A DNA stretch of 64,000 bases from Candidatus Yonathbacteria bacterium RIFCSPLOWO2_01_FULL_43_27 (GCA_001823545.1 MHUV01000005.1:15910-79909), one strand, 5' to 3'; positions 29,051-39,813 are shown, counted from the stretch's first letter. The notes: a model not told the origin generated them from the letters alone. Numbers and translations: made by a program.

Positions 29051-29950
29051 TTATTCGTTATGTTCTACCGCACGTCGCGCGAGCAAAAGCGCCCCCTCCT
29101 TTGAACTTGCAACCGCGATAAAGCGTTTATTATGACAAAAGGTTGCATCTGAAACACCAGAGATCTGCGCGAGTTCCCCATCTTTTTTCCCTGCCCACGC
29201 AAGGGGAAGGTTTTTTCTGTTTTTAAATGAATGGGTGTCGTCGCGCACGGCTTCAACTTTCCATTGACCATCGGTCTCTCTGTTTGGCTTAACGACAAAC
29301 AATGGCTCAGGATAATTTTTTAAAACACCGTACCATGAGTAATGACTATCAATAATTATAATGCGCTTGTCTTCTGCGTGCGCATACGCTTCTTCGGTAC
29401 GACGAGTTCCCTCTTCTTCTCCTTGTGCAAGGACGATCTCTCGTTTGAGAATTTGGAGCGCAACAAGAAATGCTTCGTGAAAACCAAGATCGCCCGTACG
29501 CTTTTCATTCCACGCTGGACGGAAGGAACCAATAACATCACTTATCAAGTATGGTGACACATCGCCATGTCGTGTATATGTCTCGACGCCATTATCACCC
29601 GCGTCAATCGGTTGTACGAGACGTTCATCTATAACGCGCGCAGCATACGCCGATCCAGCAACCTTTTCACCAAAATGCTTCCAAATGAGTCCGAATGATG
29701 CATATGGTATGCCATTTTCACGAGCTTCAGAAAAACCTTCTTGATGATGGTCAAAACGGAGTTGTGCTTCGTCATAGACAGACCCAACATCTAAAACGAC
29801 ATCACCTGTTTCCCATACCTTTGGGTCGCGACTTCGCACGATTTCAATCGCGCCGTCAAACAACAAGGAGAGCGTAGCGCACGCAAAAATCTCATCAGCA
29901 TGGAAATTACCGCTGTGGGTAACGATTTTTTTGATACTTACGGCGTTCAT
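29051..29950 (-). CDS. MYG1/UPF0160 family metal-dependent hydrolase
   Basis: N-terminal THSGNFHADE motif. Confidence 0.65.
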   Translation of the reverse strand: MNAVSIKKIVTHSGNFHADEIFACATLSLLFDGAIEIVRSRDPKVWETGDVVLDVGSVYDEAQLRFDHHQEGFSEARENGIPYASFGLIWKHFGEKVAGSAYAARVIDERLVQPIDAGDNGVETYTRHGDVSPYLISDVIGSFRPAWNEKRTGDLGFHEAFLVALQILKREIVLAQGEEEGTRRTEEAYAHAEDKRIIIIDSHYSWYGVLKNYPEPLFVVKPNRETDGQWKVEAVRDDTHSFKNRKNLPLAWAGKKDGELAQISGVSDATFCHNKRFIAVASSKEGALLLARRAVEHNE

Positions 29951-30533
29951 AGAGGTAGACGAGAAACTTTTGCAACAAAATAAATACTACCACAAAAAGG
30001 ATGGTTATCAAAACAAAACGAGAAGCCTTATGGGTAATCTGAATAGCGGCATACCCAAATAAATACCCCACAATGGAGTGAAAACTTACCCATACAACTG
30101 AGGCAAGTGTCTCAGCTTTAACAAAGAGAGGGAAATTAATCCTCATAACTCCCGACATAAACACCACGGCATGATTCACGCCATAAATAAATTTAGAAAA
30201 GAAAATTGAAGTAAAAGGTTTTTCACGAAAATGAGGCAAAAAATAACATATAGCACGTTCTGCGCGCGGAAGGATAACTCTCCCTACAAATTTATTTCTG
30301 CTTGCAATAATACCAATGTAGTACCACACCATATTACCCAAAACAACACCGAGAAGCGCGATGGCTATCACATCTCCGAAATCAAACGCCCCTACGTGCG
30401 AAAGAATAGCGGCAAAAATTAAAACGATTTCGCCCTCGAACATCATCGCCAAAAAAAGAAGCACGTACCCAAGGTATCGGTGCGCTTCTATAAAAGGAAC
30501 GAAATGTTCGATCGTGAGATTTTCCATAATCAA
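29907..30533 (-). CDS. DedA/TVP38-like membrane protein (putative)
   Basis: A polytopic membrane protein with an FEGE motif near TM1. The 44-nt overlap suggests a later start. Confidence 0.4.
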   Translation of the reverse strand: MIMENLTIEHFVPFIEAHRYLGYVLLFLAMMFEGEIVLIFAAILSHVGAFDFGDVIAIALLGVVLGNMVWYYIGIIASRNKFVGRVILPRAERAICYFLPHFREKPFTSIFFSKFIYGVNHAVVFMSGVMRINFPLFVKAETLASVVWVSFHSIVGYLFGYAAIQITHKASRFVLITILFVVVFILLQKFLVYLYERRKYQKNRYPQR

Positions 30534-30536
30534 CTA

Positions 30537-30887
30537 CTATTCTTCACGCTCTTTTACAATAGCGTTTATCAACATTCCAGCACCTGAAAGAATAAGTGCG
30601 CCCAAAAATGCGGGGATAAAACCATCGACTGAAAACCCTTGTATAATATTTCCAATACCCCACAGGAGGAGCGCATTCACTACGAACGTAAAAAGTCCCA
30701 AGGTAATGAGATTGATCGGCAACAACACCAAAAGAACAATCGGGCGAACGAGCGACTGCGCAACACCCCAAAAAAATGCTACAAGAAGCGCCGTACCAAA
30801 GGACGCCGTAATCGTAATACCAGAAATAATCTCGGGAAGTGCGAGGAACAACAGCGCTATGATAATCCATTTTGCAAGTAGACGCAT
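30537..30887 (-). CDS. Small 4-TM membrane protein, YvlD/DUF360 (phage-holin-4_2-like) family
   Basis: 116 aa with 4 predicted TM helices and glycine-zipper-like spacing. Confidence 0.4.
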   Translation of the reverse strand: MRLLAKWIIIALLFLALPEIISGITITASFGTALLVAFFWGVAQSLVRPIVLLVLLPINLITLGLFTFVVNALLLWGIGNIIQGFSVDGFIPAFLGALILSGAGMLINAIVKEREE

Positions 30888-30946
30888 AAAATATAAATGT
30901 AATTATTCAATAAATAACCGCAACGCACACTGCACCTCTCGCACGT

Positions 30947-31954
30947 TTATATTTTTACTATATTTTTTTCCTCACCTCGCGTAAACGCCTGAATGTTGTC
31001 AGTTGCCGTGTCCAAAATACGTTTTATTGCTTCGATTGTATTAAACGCATTATGAGGTGAGATGATCGCGTGCGGATGTTCAATGAGGTAGTGGTTTGCC
31101 AGTGTCGTTTTCAAACTCTCTTCATTAGGGTGCGCACTGAAAAGCAATCTCGTTTCGTCTTCAATAAACCCCTCTTCTTCCAGCACATCAAGACCTACAC
31201 CAGAAAGAATTCCCTCTCGAAGTCCCTTTACTAATGCTGCCGTTTCTACCAGACCCCCACGCGCGGTGTTAATGAGAACACTTCCCTTTTTAATTTTATC
31301 AACATTGTCCACGTTGATAATATGATGCGTTTCCTTCATGTATGGTAAATGCATCGTAATCACGTCTGATTGTGCCAAAAGTTCATCGAATGAAACGTAA
31401 GAAAAACCAAGCTCGCGTGCAAGATCTTCTTTAGGGTGCGCATCAAATGCAATAACATTCATACCAAACCCTTTCGCCATACGGATAACATGTACTCCAA
31501 TACGTCCCGTACCCAAAACACCAATAGTCTTCCCCATGAGATCAAACCCGCGCAACCCTTCTTGAGAAAAAAGTCCCTCTTCGCGTACCTTATTAATACT
31601 TTCGTACAACTTGCGTGACACGGTAAGGAGTAGTCCGAACGTAAATTCAGCAACCGTATTCTCTCCATATCCTGGAACAGAGGAAACAGAAATTCCGCGT
31701 GCTTTTGCTTCTGCACAATCAATATGATCAAACCCTGTTGAGCGCGTAGCGATATGCTTTAATTTTGGAAAACGATCAAGCGTTGCCTTGTCGACAGGAG
31801 AATTTACAAAAACAGAAAGAATCTCCGCCTGATCATCCTTAAGGTCGGCATAATCTGTCGTGCACCCTTTAAGCAACGAAACTTCGTGATTCGAAAGTCG
31901 TTCGCGTGCATACGCTGCCTCCCACTCTTCATTGTAAAAATATAGAATTCTCAT
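30947..31954 (-). CDS. D-isomer-specific 2-hydroxyacid dehydrogenase (D-lactate dehydrogenase-like)
   Basis: NAD-binding motif GVLGTGRIGV, with catalytic domain order typical of the family. Confidence 0.75.
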   Translation of the reverse strand: MRILYFYNEEWEAAYARERLSNHEVSLLKGCTTDYADLKDDQAEILSVFVNSPVDKATLDRFPKLKHIATRSTGFDHIDCAEAKARGISVSSVPGYGENTVAEFTFGLLLTVSRKLYESINKVREEGLFSQEGLRGFDLMGKTIGVLGTGRIGVHVIRMAKGFGMNVIAFDAHPKEDLARELGFSYVSFDELLAQSDVITMHLPYMKETHHIINVDNVDKIKKGSVLINTARGGLVETAALVKGLREGILSGVGLDVLEEEGFIEDETRLLFSAHPNEESLKTTLANHYLIEHPHAIISPHNAFNTIEAIKRILDTATDNIQAFTRGEEKNIVKI

Positions 31955-31983
31955 AGGGTCATCATATCATAAAGATTTTTTAA

Positions 31984-33183
31984 TTACGATGTACGCTCTT
32001 GTTCGATAGCAAGCAAGCGTTCATATTTCACAGCACGCACACGCTGAGATGGCGCACCCGCTTTAAGTCCGTAGGCGCCAACCCCTACCGCAAGATCAGC
32101 AATAAATGAGTCTTCTGTCTCTCCCGAACGATGAGAAACAATGGTCTTCCATCCTGCCGTATGTGCAAGACGTACCGTATCATACACCTCCGTAAGGGTG
32201 CCAATTTGATTAGGCTTCACAATAAGCGCATTCCCTGCGTGCATCGAAATCATTTCCTTGAGAACTTCTGAATTCGTAACCGTGAGGTCGTCCCCGACTA
32301 CAATAAGATCTTTTGGTGAACAAGAAAGAAGATTGGAAAATCCCTCAGTATCGTCTTCCGCAAAAGGATCTTCAATACTTCTCAAACTAAATTTTTCAAT
32401 GAGTGCAAGATAGGTATCCACAAGCTCTGCACGAGTGTATGTCGTTCCTAGCATCTTGTAATTCCCCTGTTCAGAAAATTCTGTCGCTGCAGCATCGATA
32501 GCGAGAAACATTTCATCTTCTCCGTGAATAAGTTCATTTAATATTTCAAATGGACGCTCAAGCATACTGAACTGTGGTGAATATCCACCCTCGTCACCCA
32601 TCGGAACCTCCCCCACTGCCGCACGAATAACATCACCAAGTGTTTTAAAAACTTCTTTTGCACGGTCGTATGCCTCTCTAGGCTTCCCTCCTACCACCAC
32701 AATGTATTCCTGAAATGGAAGTCGGAAATCTGCGTGAGCACCACCATTCATTACATTCATATAGAGTCGAGGGTATGAAGGGGTGAATGTTTCGCTCTCG
32801 GCAATATGTTGCCATAGTGGAACACCTGCCTCTTTCGCAGAAAGTTTTGCAAACGCAATACTTACCGCCAACATACCATTCGCACCTAACCGTGCCTTGT
32901 TTTTCGTACCATCAAGCTCTATGAGAAATGTATCGAGTGCGCGTTGATCTGTGAATTCACGCGACAACAACACCGGAAATATTTCTTCACGAAGGAGACG
33001 ACATACATCGCTCACCCCGCGTCCATCAGCATCACGTTTTTCAAGTGCCTCCTTCGATCCCGTACTTTTCCCTGAGGGCACACTCGCGGTGATGGTGTGC
33101 ACGCGAGTTCCGAGCGTCACCTCTACCGTTGGCATTCCGCGTGAATCTAAAATTTCTTGTACCTCTGCTGTTTCAATGTTCAT
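31984..33183 (-). CDS. eno: Enolase
   Basis: SHRSGETEDSFIADLAV and MNVMNGGAHAD. The start at MNIETAE avoids overlap with the upstream gene. Confidence 0.9.
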   Translation of the reverse strand: MNIETAEVQEILDSRGMPTVEVTLGTRVHTITASVPSGKSTGSKEALEKRDADGRGVSDVCRLLREEIFPVLLSREFTDQRALDTFLIELDGTKNKARLGANGMLAVSIAFAKLSAKEAGVPLWQHIAESETFTPSYPRLYMNVMNGGAHADFRLPFQEYIVVVGGKPREAYDRAKEVFKTLGDVIRAAVGEVPMGDEGGYSPQFSMLERPFEILNELIHGEDEMFLAIDAAATEFSEQGNYKMLGTTYTRAELVDTYLALIEKFSLRSIEDPFAEDDTEGFSNLLSCSPKDLIVVGDDLTVTNSEVLKEMISMHAGNALIVKPNQIGTLTEVYDTVRLAHTAGWKTIVSHRSGETEDSFIADLAVGVGAYGLKAGAPSQRVRAVKYERLLAIEQERTS

Positions 33184-33188
33184 AAAAA

Positions 33189-34475
33189 TTATTGTGTTAA
33201 CGTAATATACCAATCAGATACATTTGCTCCCGTACGCCCCGTATCAATGTGTGAACCAACTTTTTCAAAAAAATCATACGCCTGATTGTTTTCACTTGCG
33301 GTCAAGGGGTCGAGTCCAAGCTCACGTGCACGCTCGAGCGTCACGGGGTCACCGATAGCTCCCGCAAACGGCGTATTGTCCCAACCGTCTGAGGTCGCCG
33401 CGATACAAAGCACGCCATCCTTAATATTCGTAAGTGCGCCAAGCACGGCTTCCTGACATCGACCGCCTCTCCCTTCTTTGTTAACCAACACGGTTGTCTC
33501 ACCACCCCACAAGCGACAGGTTTTTGGTGCAGTCGCTTGACCAACAAGATGTTGCCCTACCGCCCGCGCTTCACCTTGAAGCTCCGCACTCACAATCTCT
33601 GCGTAGTATCCGAGACGTTCGGCTTCACGACGCATTGCCTCCAGAGCTTTTTTTGTCGTGATAAATAAAATATTATTTACGCGCAAAAAGTATTCGGGAT
33701 CTTTGGGTGTTTCCACGAGCTCACACTCAGGAAGTTTACAGAGTTTTTCAATATCATACTTTTCAAGAACCGCGCGCGCATCGGCAATATTCGTCGTATC
33801 GAGCACTGTTGGTCCCGATGCCACCGTTGCAATATCATCGCCTGGTACATCAGAAAAAATAAGGGACACTACGGTTGCGGGGTATGCAAGCTTAGCAAAT
33901 TGCCCACCTTGTATTTTCGACGTATGTTTGCGAAATGTATTAATTTCATCAATCGTCGCTCCTTTACCCATGAGGGTCTTCGTAATGAGTCCAATCGTTT
34001 CGCACGTAAGATCGTACGGCAAACACAACAGCGATGACGCACCACCCGAGATAACCGTTATCAAAAGATCGGTATCTGTTAAACCTTCAAGCAGGTCAGC
34101 AATTGACTGTGATGCCTCTACATTTTGCTCTGAAGGAAATGGGTGTGTACCTATCTTGGAACGAAGTTTTTTTAAGGTCGCGCCACGTACGTCGAGAATA
34201 ATACCGTCCGTAAGCCACGAGCCAAGTTTCTCCTCGAACACTTCTCCCGCATCAAGCGCGCATTTACCAATACCCACAAAAAAGATGCGCTTAAAAACAC
34301 CAAGCGCAATCACGCGTTCACCAATACGCAAATACTGACCATTAACCTCAACCTCGCTCTCTACTACCTCTTTCGTGAGAATTGCCTGATACCCTGCTTC
34401 GAGAATTTCGAGGGCATCACGACGGAGTGGTGTCGTCGCAAGCGCAGAGCTATTTTTAATTACAGAAAAATTCAT
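33189..34475 (-). CDS. Glycerate 2-kinase (MOFRL family)
   Basis: DUF4147-like N-terminus with a MOFRL C-terminus, and ITVISGGASSLL. Confidence 0.6.
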   Translation of the reverse strand: MNFSVIKNSSALATTPLRRDALEILEAGYQAILTKEVVESEVEVNGQYLRIGERVIALGVFKRIFFVGIGKCALDAGEVFEEKLGSWLTDGIILDVRGATLKKLRSKIGTHPFPSEQNVEASQSIADLLEGLTDTDLLITVISGGASSLLCLPYDLTCETIGLITKTLMGKGATIDEINTFRKHTSKIQGGQFAKLAYPATVVSLIFSDVPGDDIATVASGPTVLDTTNIADARAVLEKYDIEKLCKLPECELVETPKDPEYFLRVNNILFITTKKALEAMRREAERLGYYAEIVSAELQGEARAVGQHLVGQATAPKTCRLWGGETTVLVNKEGRGGRCQEAVLGALTNIKDGVLCIAATSDGWDNTPFAGAIGDPVTLERARELGLDPLTASENNQAYDFFEKVGSHIDTGRTGANVSDWYITLTQ

Positions 34476-34617
34476 ACGCTAAATTGTACCACATATTTAA
34501 GAGAACATAATGAGATACTTCTTTCTGTAAGAGGTGTGGCTCTTGGTGGACAATTTGCTGAAAATTTGGCATAGTGAGTTTTAACAAGTAATTTGTTGCA
34601 AAAGCGACAATCCACCT

Positions 34618-35859
34618 ATGGTAGAAGCATTTTTCAGCGGTATTCTTTACGTTTTTCTATTTATTACCCTCTACCTCGAGGTCTTTTTTCTTATTACTTT
34701 TTTTGAGGAACGGCTCGCTCTTCAAGAAAAGCCCCATCGCACGAAACTCCCTCACTACCCTTCAGTGACGATTATTGTCCCATGCTGGAATGAAGAAAAA
34801 ACAGTCACGGGAACTATTCACTCACTTCTCGATCTCAACTATCCAAAAGAGAAACTGAAGATTTTTATCGTCGACGATGGTTCAACAGACAGCACATGGG
34901 AGGTAATACAAAAATTCGCACACGAACCACAGGTTGCACTCATTCATAAAGAAAATGGAGGGAAACACACCGCCGTTAATCTTGGTATAGAAAAAACAAA
35001 TACCGATCTCATCGGCTGTCTGGACGCAGATTCTTTTGTAGAAAAAAATGCGCTCATTGAAATTGCGCACGCGTTTAATGAAGACCCTTCAATGATGGCA
35101 GCAACACCCGTACTCATTGTACACAACCCAAAAACCATTCTGCAAAAAATGCAAAAGACTGAGTACCATACGGGAGCATTTCTTAAACGAATGCTCTCGC
35201 CCCTTGATGCAATCAATGTAACACCAGGGCCTTTTTCTATTTTTCGTAAAGAAGTATTTGAAAAAATCGGCCTCTATAAAAAAGCACACAATACAGAAGA
35301 TATGGAATTTGCGCTTCGTATGCAGGCACACCATCTGCGTATTCGCAACGTACACACAGCCCACGTGCACACCTCAACACCAGGCACACTGTATAAATTG
35401 TATCGCCAGCGTCTTCGTTGGGCATATGGCACGATGAAAAATACGCTCGATTACCGCTTTATGCTTTTCAGACGCGAGTACGGTATCCTCGGAACGATAA
35501 CGCTTCCCCTTTCTTTCTTTGGAGTGTTTATCTTTTTATATAATTTTGGTTTCATCGCCTTTCATGCGATACAAAGCATTATTGAAAAAATAATTGAAAT
35601 AAGCACTGCAGGATTCATTTTTGCTCTTCCTCGTTTTGATATATTTTTCTTCAACACCGACTTTATGGCGATCCTTGCGTACATATTTATTGGGCTTGCG
35701 CTCGTCATTATTTGGAACGGTACCAAGCTTGCTGAAGGACGCTTTCGTCCAAGTTTGAGTATCTTTTACTTCCTTGTTTTCTATGGTATGGTAGCACCAT
35801 TATGGTTCTGTCGTGCGATCATCAACATCATTTTATCGAAAGGTACTAAATGGAGATAA
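34618..35859 (+). CDS. Family 2 glycosyltransferase, processive membrane-integrated type
   Basis: IIVPCWNEE, DDGSTDST, a DAD motif and QRLRWAYG (QxxRW), with TM helices at both ends. Confidence 0.75.
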   Translation: MVEAFFSGILYVFLFITLYLEVFFLITFFEERLALQEKPHRTKLPHYPSVTIIVPCWNEEKTVTGTIHSLLDLNYPKEKLKIFIVDDGSTDSTWEVIQKFAHEPQVALIHKENGGKHTAVNLGIEKTNTDLIGCLDADSFVEKNALIEIAHAFNEDPSMMAATPVLIVHNPKTILQKMQKTEYHTGAFLKRMLSPLDAINVTPGPFSIFRKEVFEKIGLYKKAHNTEDMEFALRMQAHHLRIRNVHTAHVHTSTPGTLYKLYRQRLRWAYGTMKNTLDYRFMLFRREYGILGTITLPLSFFGVFIFLYNFGFIAFHAIQSIIEKIIEISTAGFIFALPRFDIFFFNTDFMAILAYIFIGLALVIIWNGTKLAEGRFRPSLSIFYFLVFYGMVAPLWFCRAIINIILSKGTKWR

Positions 35860-35879
35860 TGTAATAATATTTAAAATTT

Positions 35880-36581
35880 ATGCGCGCAAAAATCGACACA
35901 AAAAAATATATGCTTGCGTTTGTGGTTACTGCACTTGTTTTTTTTGGTGCGCTCCTCATCAGCAACCGCTTTTCACAAAAACGCATTGAAGAGATCAAAT
36001 CAATTGAAAACAATATCGCCCTCGATATTCTTGCGTCAGAGACACAGTTCGCCCTCCTCAAAGAATCGTCATGTAGAACAGTCGACCACCGTACCGCATT
36101 TTCAGAAGAGCTCAACAACCTTGCACAGAAACTTTCCTATACAGAAGAAAATCTTGGTGACAAAAATAAAGAAGTAATTGATCTCAAAAAATATTATTCC
36201 CTCCTCCAAGTGAAGGACTATCTTCTCGTAGGCAAGATCAATGAAAAGTGTGGCATCAAGCCCATCACTATTATGTACTTTTATTCCAACGCAGGTGATT
36301 GCGATGACTGCAAACGCGAAGGCTACGTACTCACCAAGCTCCGTGAAGAGTTCCCTGAGATTCGTATTTATTCATTCGATTACAATCTCGATCTCTCTGT
36401 CGTAAAGACAATGAAGTCTATCTACGGGATTAAGAACACTCTTCCTGCGCTCGTCATTTGGGACGAAGCATACTACGGATTCAAAAGCCCTGAGGATATA
36501 GAAAAAATTATTCCACAACTCAAAAAATTTCGCGCAGCTCAAGAAAAAGAAAAGAACGCCACAAATACCTCGACGCAATAG
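35880..36581 (+). CDS. Hypothetical membrane-anchored protein with a CxxC motif (thioredoxin-like?)
   Basis: An N-terminal TM helix and a GDCDDC motif; no firm family assignment. Confidence 0.4.
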   Translation: MRAKIDTKKYMLAFVVTALVFFGALLISNRFSQKRIEEIKSIENNIALDILASETQFALLKESSCRTVDHRTAFSEELNNLAQKLSYTEENLGDKNKEVIDLKKYYSLLQVKDYLLVGKINEKCGIKPITIMYFYSNAGDCDDCKREGYVLTKLREEFPEIRIYSFDYNLDLSVVKTMKSIYGIKNTLPALVIWDEAYYGFKSPEDIEKIIPQLKKFRAAQEKEKNATNTSTQ

Positions 36582-36620
36582 TATCTGAAAATAACAAAGG
36601 GATGTGGTATACTTTTTCCC

Positions 36621-37334
36621 ATGACACATTATCTTTTTTTTGACACAGAAACAACTGGTAACACCGAGAATGATTTTATCTGCCAGCTCGCCTACAAACA
36701 GGATAGTGAGGAATTTTCAGAGCTCTACAAGCCATCCATTCCTATTCCTCCAGAAGCAAGCGCCGTGCACCATATTACCAACAAAATGATTGCGGATAAA
36801 CTATCCTTCAAAGAGAGTGCTGGCTACGCAACCATAAAATCTCTTTTTCAAAAAAGTGATGTCATTCCCGTGGCGCACAATGCAAAATTTGATATCGCGA
36901 TGCTCAAAAAAGAAGGTATCGAAATTCCTCGCTCCATCTGCACCCTTCGTCTCGCACGCTACCTCGACAGAGAAAATAAAATTCCTCGATACAATCTACA
37001 ATTCTTGCGCTACTATCTCAATATTGATGTTGAAGCACAGGCGCACGACGCACTGGGCGATGTGAGGGTTCTTGAAGCACTCTTTGGACGTCTTAAAAAG
37101 AAGATAACCGATGAAGTTGGTGGTGATGAAGAAAAAGCGCTCGCAGAAATGCTTGCAATCTCTGCGCGTCCATCCATGATTTCAATATTCACGTTTGGTA
37201 AACACAATGAGAAGCTCGTTGCCGATGTTGCAAAAACAGATCGTGGGTACCTCGAATGGCTCCTTGCACAAAAACTTCAAAATGAGACTGATGAGGAAGA
37301 TTGGATTTACACGTTGAAATATTATTTAGGATAA
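36621..37334 (+). CDS. DEDD-family 3'-5' exonuclease (DnaQ-like)
   Basis: Exo I FFDTETTG, Exo II VAHNAKFD and Exo III AHDALGDV. Confidence 0.7.
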   Translation: MTHYLFFDTETTGNTENDFICQLAYKQDSEEFSELYKPSIPIPPEASAVHHITNKMIADKLSFKESAGYATIKSLFQKSDVIPVAHNAKFDIAMLKKEGIEIPRSICTLRLARYLDRENKIPRYNLQFLRYYLNIDVEAQAHDALGDVRVLEALFGRLKKKITDEVGGDEEKALAEMLAISARPSMISIFTFGKHNEKLVADVAKTDRGYLEWLLAQKLQNETDEEDWIYTLKYYLG

Positions 37335-37409
37335 TTGTTCCTTGTTTCATTTTCTCAATACTCAAAAACAAAAACCGCACTAATAAATAGTGCGGCAAAA
37401 AAGTATCTC

Positions 37410-37622
37410 CTACTTATTTTTAAATATTCGCCAGAATGACCAGCCTACAAGGCGCATAATAAAATAAGCAAGAACAGCTGCGATAAACATCCTGAGAATT
37501 TCATTGCTTTTTTCAGGACCGAGGTCAAGACGGAGGACTACTGCAATCACGACGATGACCCACAATCCTGTAAGTGAACAAGCATACGAAAACCACTTTT
37601 TCAACAACGTTCGTATCTCCAT
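37410..37622 (-). CDS. Hypothetical small membrane protein
   Basis: A 70-aa ORF with 2 TM helices; no motif. Confidence 0.3.
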   Translation of the reverse strand: MEIRTLLKKWFSYACSLTGLWVIVVIAVVLRLDLGPEKSNEILRMFIAAVLAYFIMRLVGWSFWRIFKNK

Positions 37623-37749
37623 TTTTATCCTCCCATTTTTTATCTCGCGTGGTACGCGAGGAACTTATCTATGTATATGATAGCATATTATGACCTATTT
37701 GTCAATACACACAAAACAAAAAAAATGTTACATTAAAAGCATATATTTT

Positions 37750-39504
37750 ATGGAAACAAACGAAAAACTTCACAATATTCGCCACTCGTTGGCACATTTA
37801 CTCGCTATGGCAGTTCTTGAAAAAGATCCTGCCGCAAAGTTCGGCATCGGCCCTGTTATCGACAATGGGTTCTATTACGATTTTGAATTTTCGAAAGATT
37901 TCACCCTCTCCCCTGACGTTCTCAAAGACATCCAAAAATCGATAAAGAAAATGACGAACAAAGACATCGTCTTTGAAGGCAAGGAAATTAGCGCGAGTGA
38001 TGCAAAAAAAATGTTTGCAGACCAACCGTACAAACTCGAACTCATCGAGGGACTTGAAAAAGATGGCAAAGATATTACCATCTACACCTCTGGCACGTTC
38101 TCTGATTTGTGCAAAGGTGGACACGTACACTCTGTCAAAGAAATTGACCCCGAAGCATTCGCGATCACCCACACCGCGGGTGCATATTGGAAGGGTGATG
38201 AAAAGAATCCGATGCTTACCCGCATCTATGGTCTTGCATTCAACACCGCAGAGGAACTTGATGCATATCTAAAACAGCAAGAAGAAGCCAAGAAGCGCGA
38301 TCATCGTATTATTGGAGCACAACTCAAACTTTTTACCACTTCCCCACTTATTGGCGCCGGACTTCCCCTTATGCAACCGAAAGGAATGATCATCCGCAAG
38401 GAAATCGAAGACTACCTTTGGGAACTTCATCAACACAAGGGATACTCGCGTGTGTGGACTCCGCACATTGCAAAAGAGGACCTTTATATCACTTCAGGAC
38501 ACGCAGCAAAATTTGGTGACGAACTTTTCCGCGTTCAAGGGAAAGAGGATAAATTTATTATGAAGCCAATGAACTGCCCGCACCATATGCAAATCTTTGC
38601 GGACAATCAGTTTTCGTACCGAAATATGCCGGTGCGCTATTTTGAACCTGCAACCGTATATCGCGATGAAAAATCAGGACAACTAGGCGGTCTTACCCGC
38701 GTACGCGCTATCACCCAAGACGATGGGCATCTTTTCTGTCGACAGGACCAAATTGAAGAAGAGGTTTCAACGATCGTAGGTATCATCAAGGAATTCTATA
38801 CGAACTTCAATCTTATGGATGGATATTGGGTATCGCTTTCAGTACGCGGAGAAGATCGAAGTAAGTATCTTGGCAGTGATGAGGTATGGGATATCGCTGA
38901 AAATTCTCTTGAAAAAGCTGCGCAAGCTAACAAGCTCAATTACAAACGAATTGAAGGTGAAGCGGCATTCTACGGACCAAAACTCGACTTTATGTTCAAA
39001 GACGCTATTGGACGTCCGTGGCAACTTGCAACCATTCAGTGTGACTTCAATCTTCCCGAGCGCTTTGACCTCTCATTTGCAAACAACAAAAACGAGAAAG
39101 AGCGCCCCGTGGTAATTCATCGCGCCATCGCAGGTTCCTTGGAACGCTTTATGGGTATTATGATCGAACACGTGGCAGGCAACTTCCCTCTTTGGCTCTC
39201 ACCCGTACAGGTAAAGATTTTACCGGTAAGTGAAAAGCATAGTGAGTATGCACAAAAAGTATTTGCTGAACTCGCAAAGAATGGTGTTCGTGTAGAACTC
39301 GATGATTCAAACGAAAGTCTTGGAAAACGTATCCGTGTTGCGAAAACTGAAAAAGTTCCCTACCTTCTCGTTCTTGGCGACAAAGAAGTCGAAGCAGGAA
39401 CCGTAACGGCAGAACGTCGCGATGGCGCACACATCGACGCATGTCCTCTCGCCGATTTCATTACACAAACAAAGAAAGAGATTACAACAAAAGAAATTTG
39501 GTAG
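37750..39504 (+). CDS. thrS: Threonyl-tRNA synthetase
   Basis: A class II core with CPHHMQIF zinc site residues and a C-terminal anticodon domain. The probable start is METNEKL. Confidence 0.9.
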   Translation: METNEKLHNIRHSLAHLLAMAVLEKDPAAKFGIGPVIDNGFYYDFEFSKDFTLSPDVLKDIQKSIKKMTNKDIVFEGKEISASDAKKMFADQPYKLELIEGLEKDGKDITIYTSGTFSDLCKGGHVHSVKEIDPEAFAITHTAGAYWKGDEKNPMLTRIYGLAFNTAEELDAYLKQQEEAKKRDHRIIGAQLKLFTTSPLIGAGLPLMQPKGMIIRKEIEDYLWELHQHKGYSRVWTPHIAKEDLYITSGHAAKFGDELFRVQGKEDKFIMKPMNCPHHMQIFADNQFSYRNMPVRYFEPATVYRDEKSGQLGGLTRVRAITQDDGHLFCRQDQIEEEVSTIVGIIKEFYTNFNLMDGYWVSLSVRGEDRSKYLGSDEVWDIAENSLEKAAQANKLNYKRIEGEAAFYGPKLDFMFKDAIGRPWQLATIQCDFNLPERFDLSFANNKNEKERPVVIHRAIAGSLERFMGIMIEHVAGNFPLWLSPVQVKILPVSEKHSEYAQKVFAELAKNGVRVELDDSNESLGKRIRVAKTEKVPYLLVLGDKEVEAGTVTAERRDGAHIDACPLADFITQTKKEITTKEIW

Positions 39505-39531
39505 GATGTTTTTTGATATAGCGTAGACAAC

Positions 39532-39570
39532 AAAAAGACCGACCTTTTCAGAAAAGGTCGGTCTTTTTGT
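39532..39570. terminator. Bidirectional rho-independent terminator
   Basis: AGACCGACCTTTT-cag-AAAAGGTCGGTCT plus TTTTT. Confidence 0.75.
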
Positions 39571-39587
39571 TGTCTGAATATCAGAAA

Positions 39588-39773
39588 TTATTTACATTCC
39601 TCACAACCTTCTTCACATCCTTCACATTTGTTCTCGGTGCTATTTTTCCCTTCACAGCAGGTATCGTCGGTGCACACATGTTTTTCTTCCTGTGTAGTTT
39701 CTTCCACCTTATTTTCCTTGCAACCACAACCACAGGTGTGCTCTTTCTTTTGTTCTTCGTTCATAAATATCAT
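39588..39773 (-). CDS. Cysteine-rich small protein (61 aa, 14 Cys; metallothionein-like or modified-peptide precursor?)
   Basis: The sequence is MIFMNEEQKKEHTCGCGCKENKVEETTQEEKHVCTDDTCCEGKNSTENKCEGCEEGCEECK. It is on the same strand as gyrB and the upstream gene, with the terminator 20 nt downstream. Confidence 0.4.
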   Translation of the reverse strand: MIFMNEEQKKEHTCGCGCKENKVEETTQEEKHVCTDDTCCEGKNSTENKCEGCEEGCEECK

Positions 39774-39813
39774 TATTTAATACCTAGTAATACACCTATT
39801 TTATCACAAAAAC

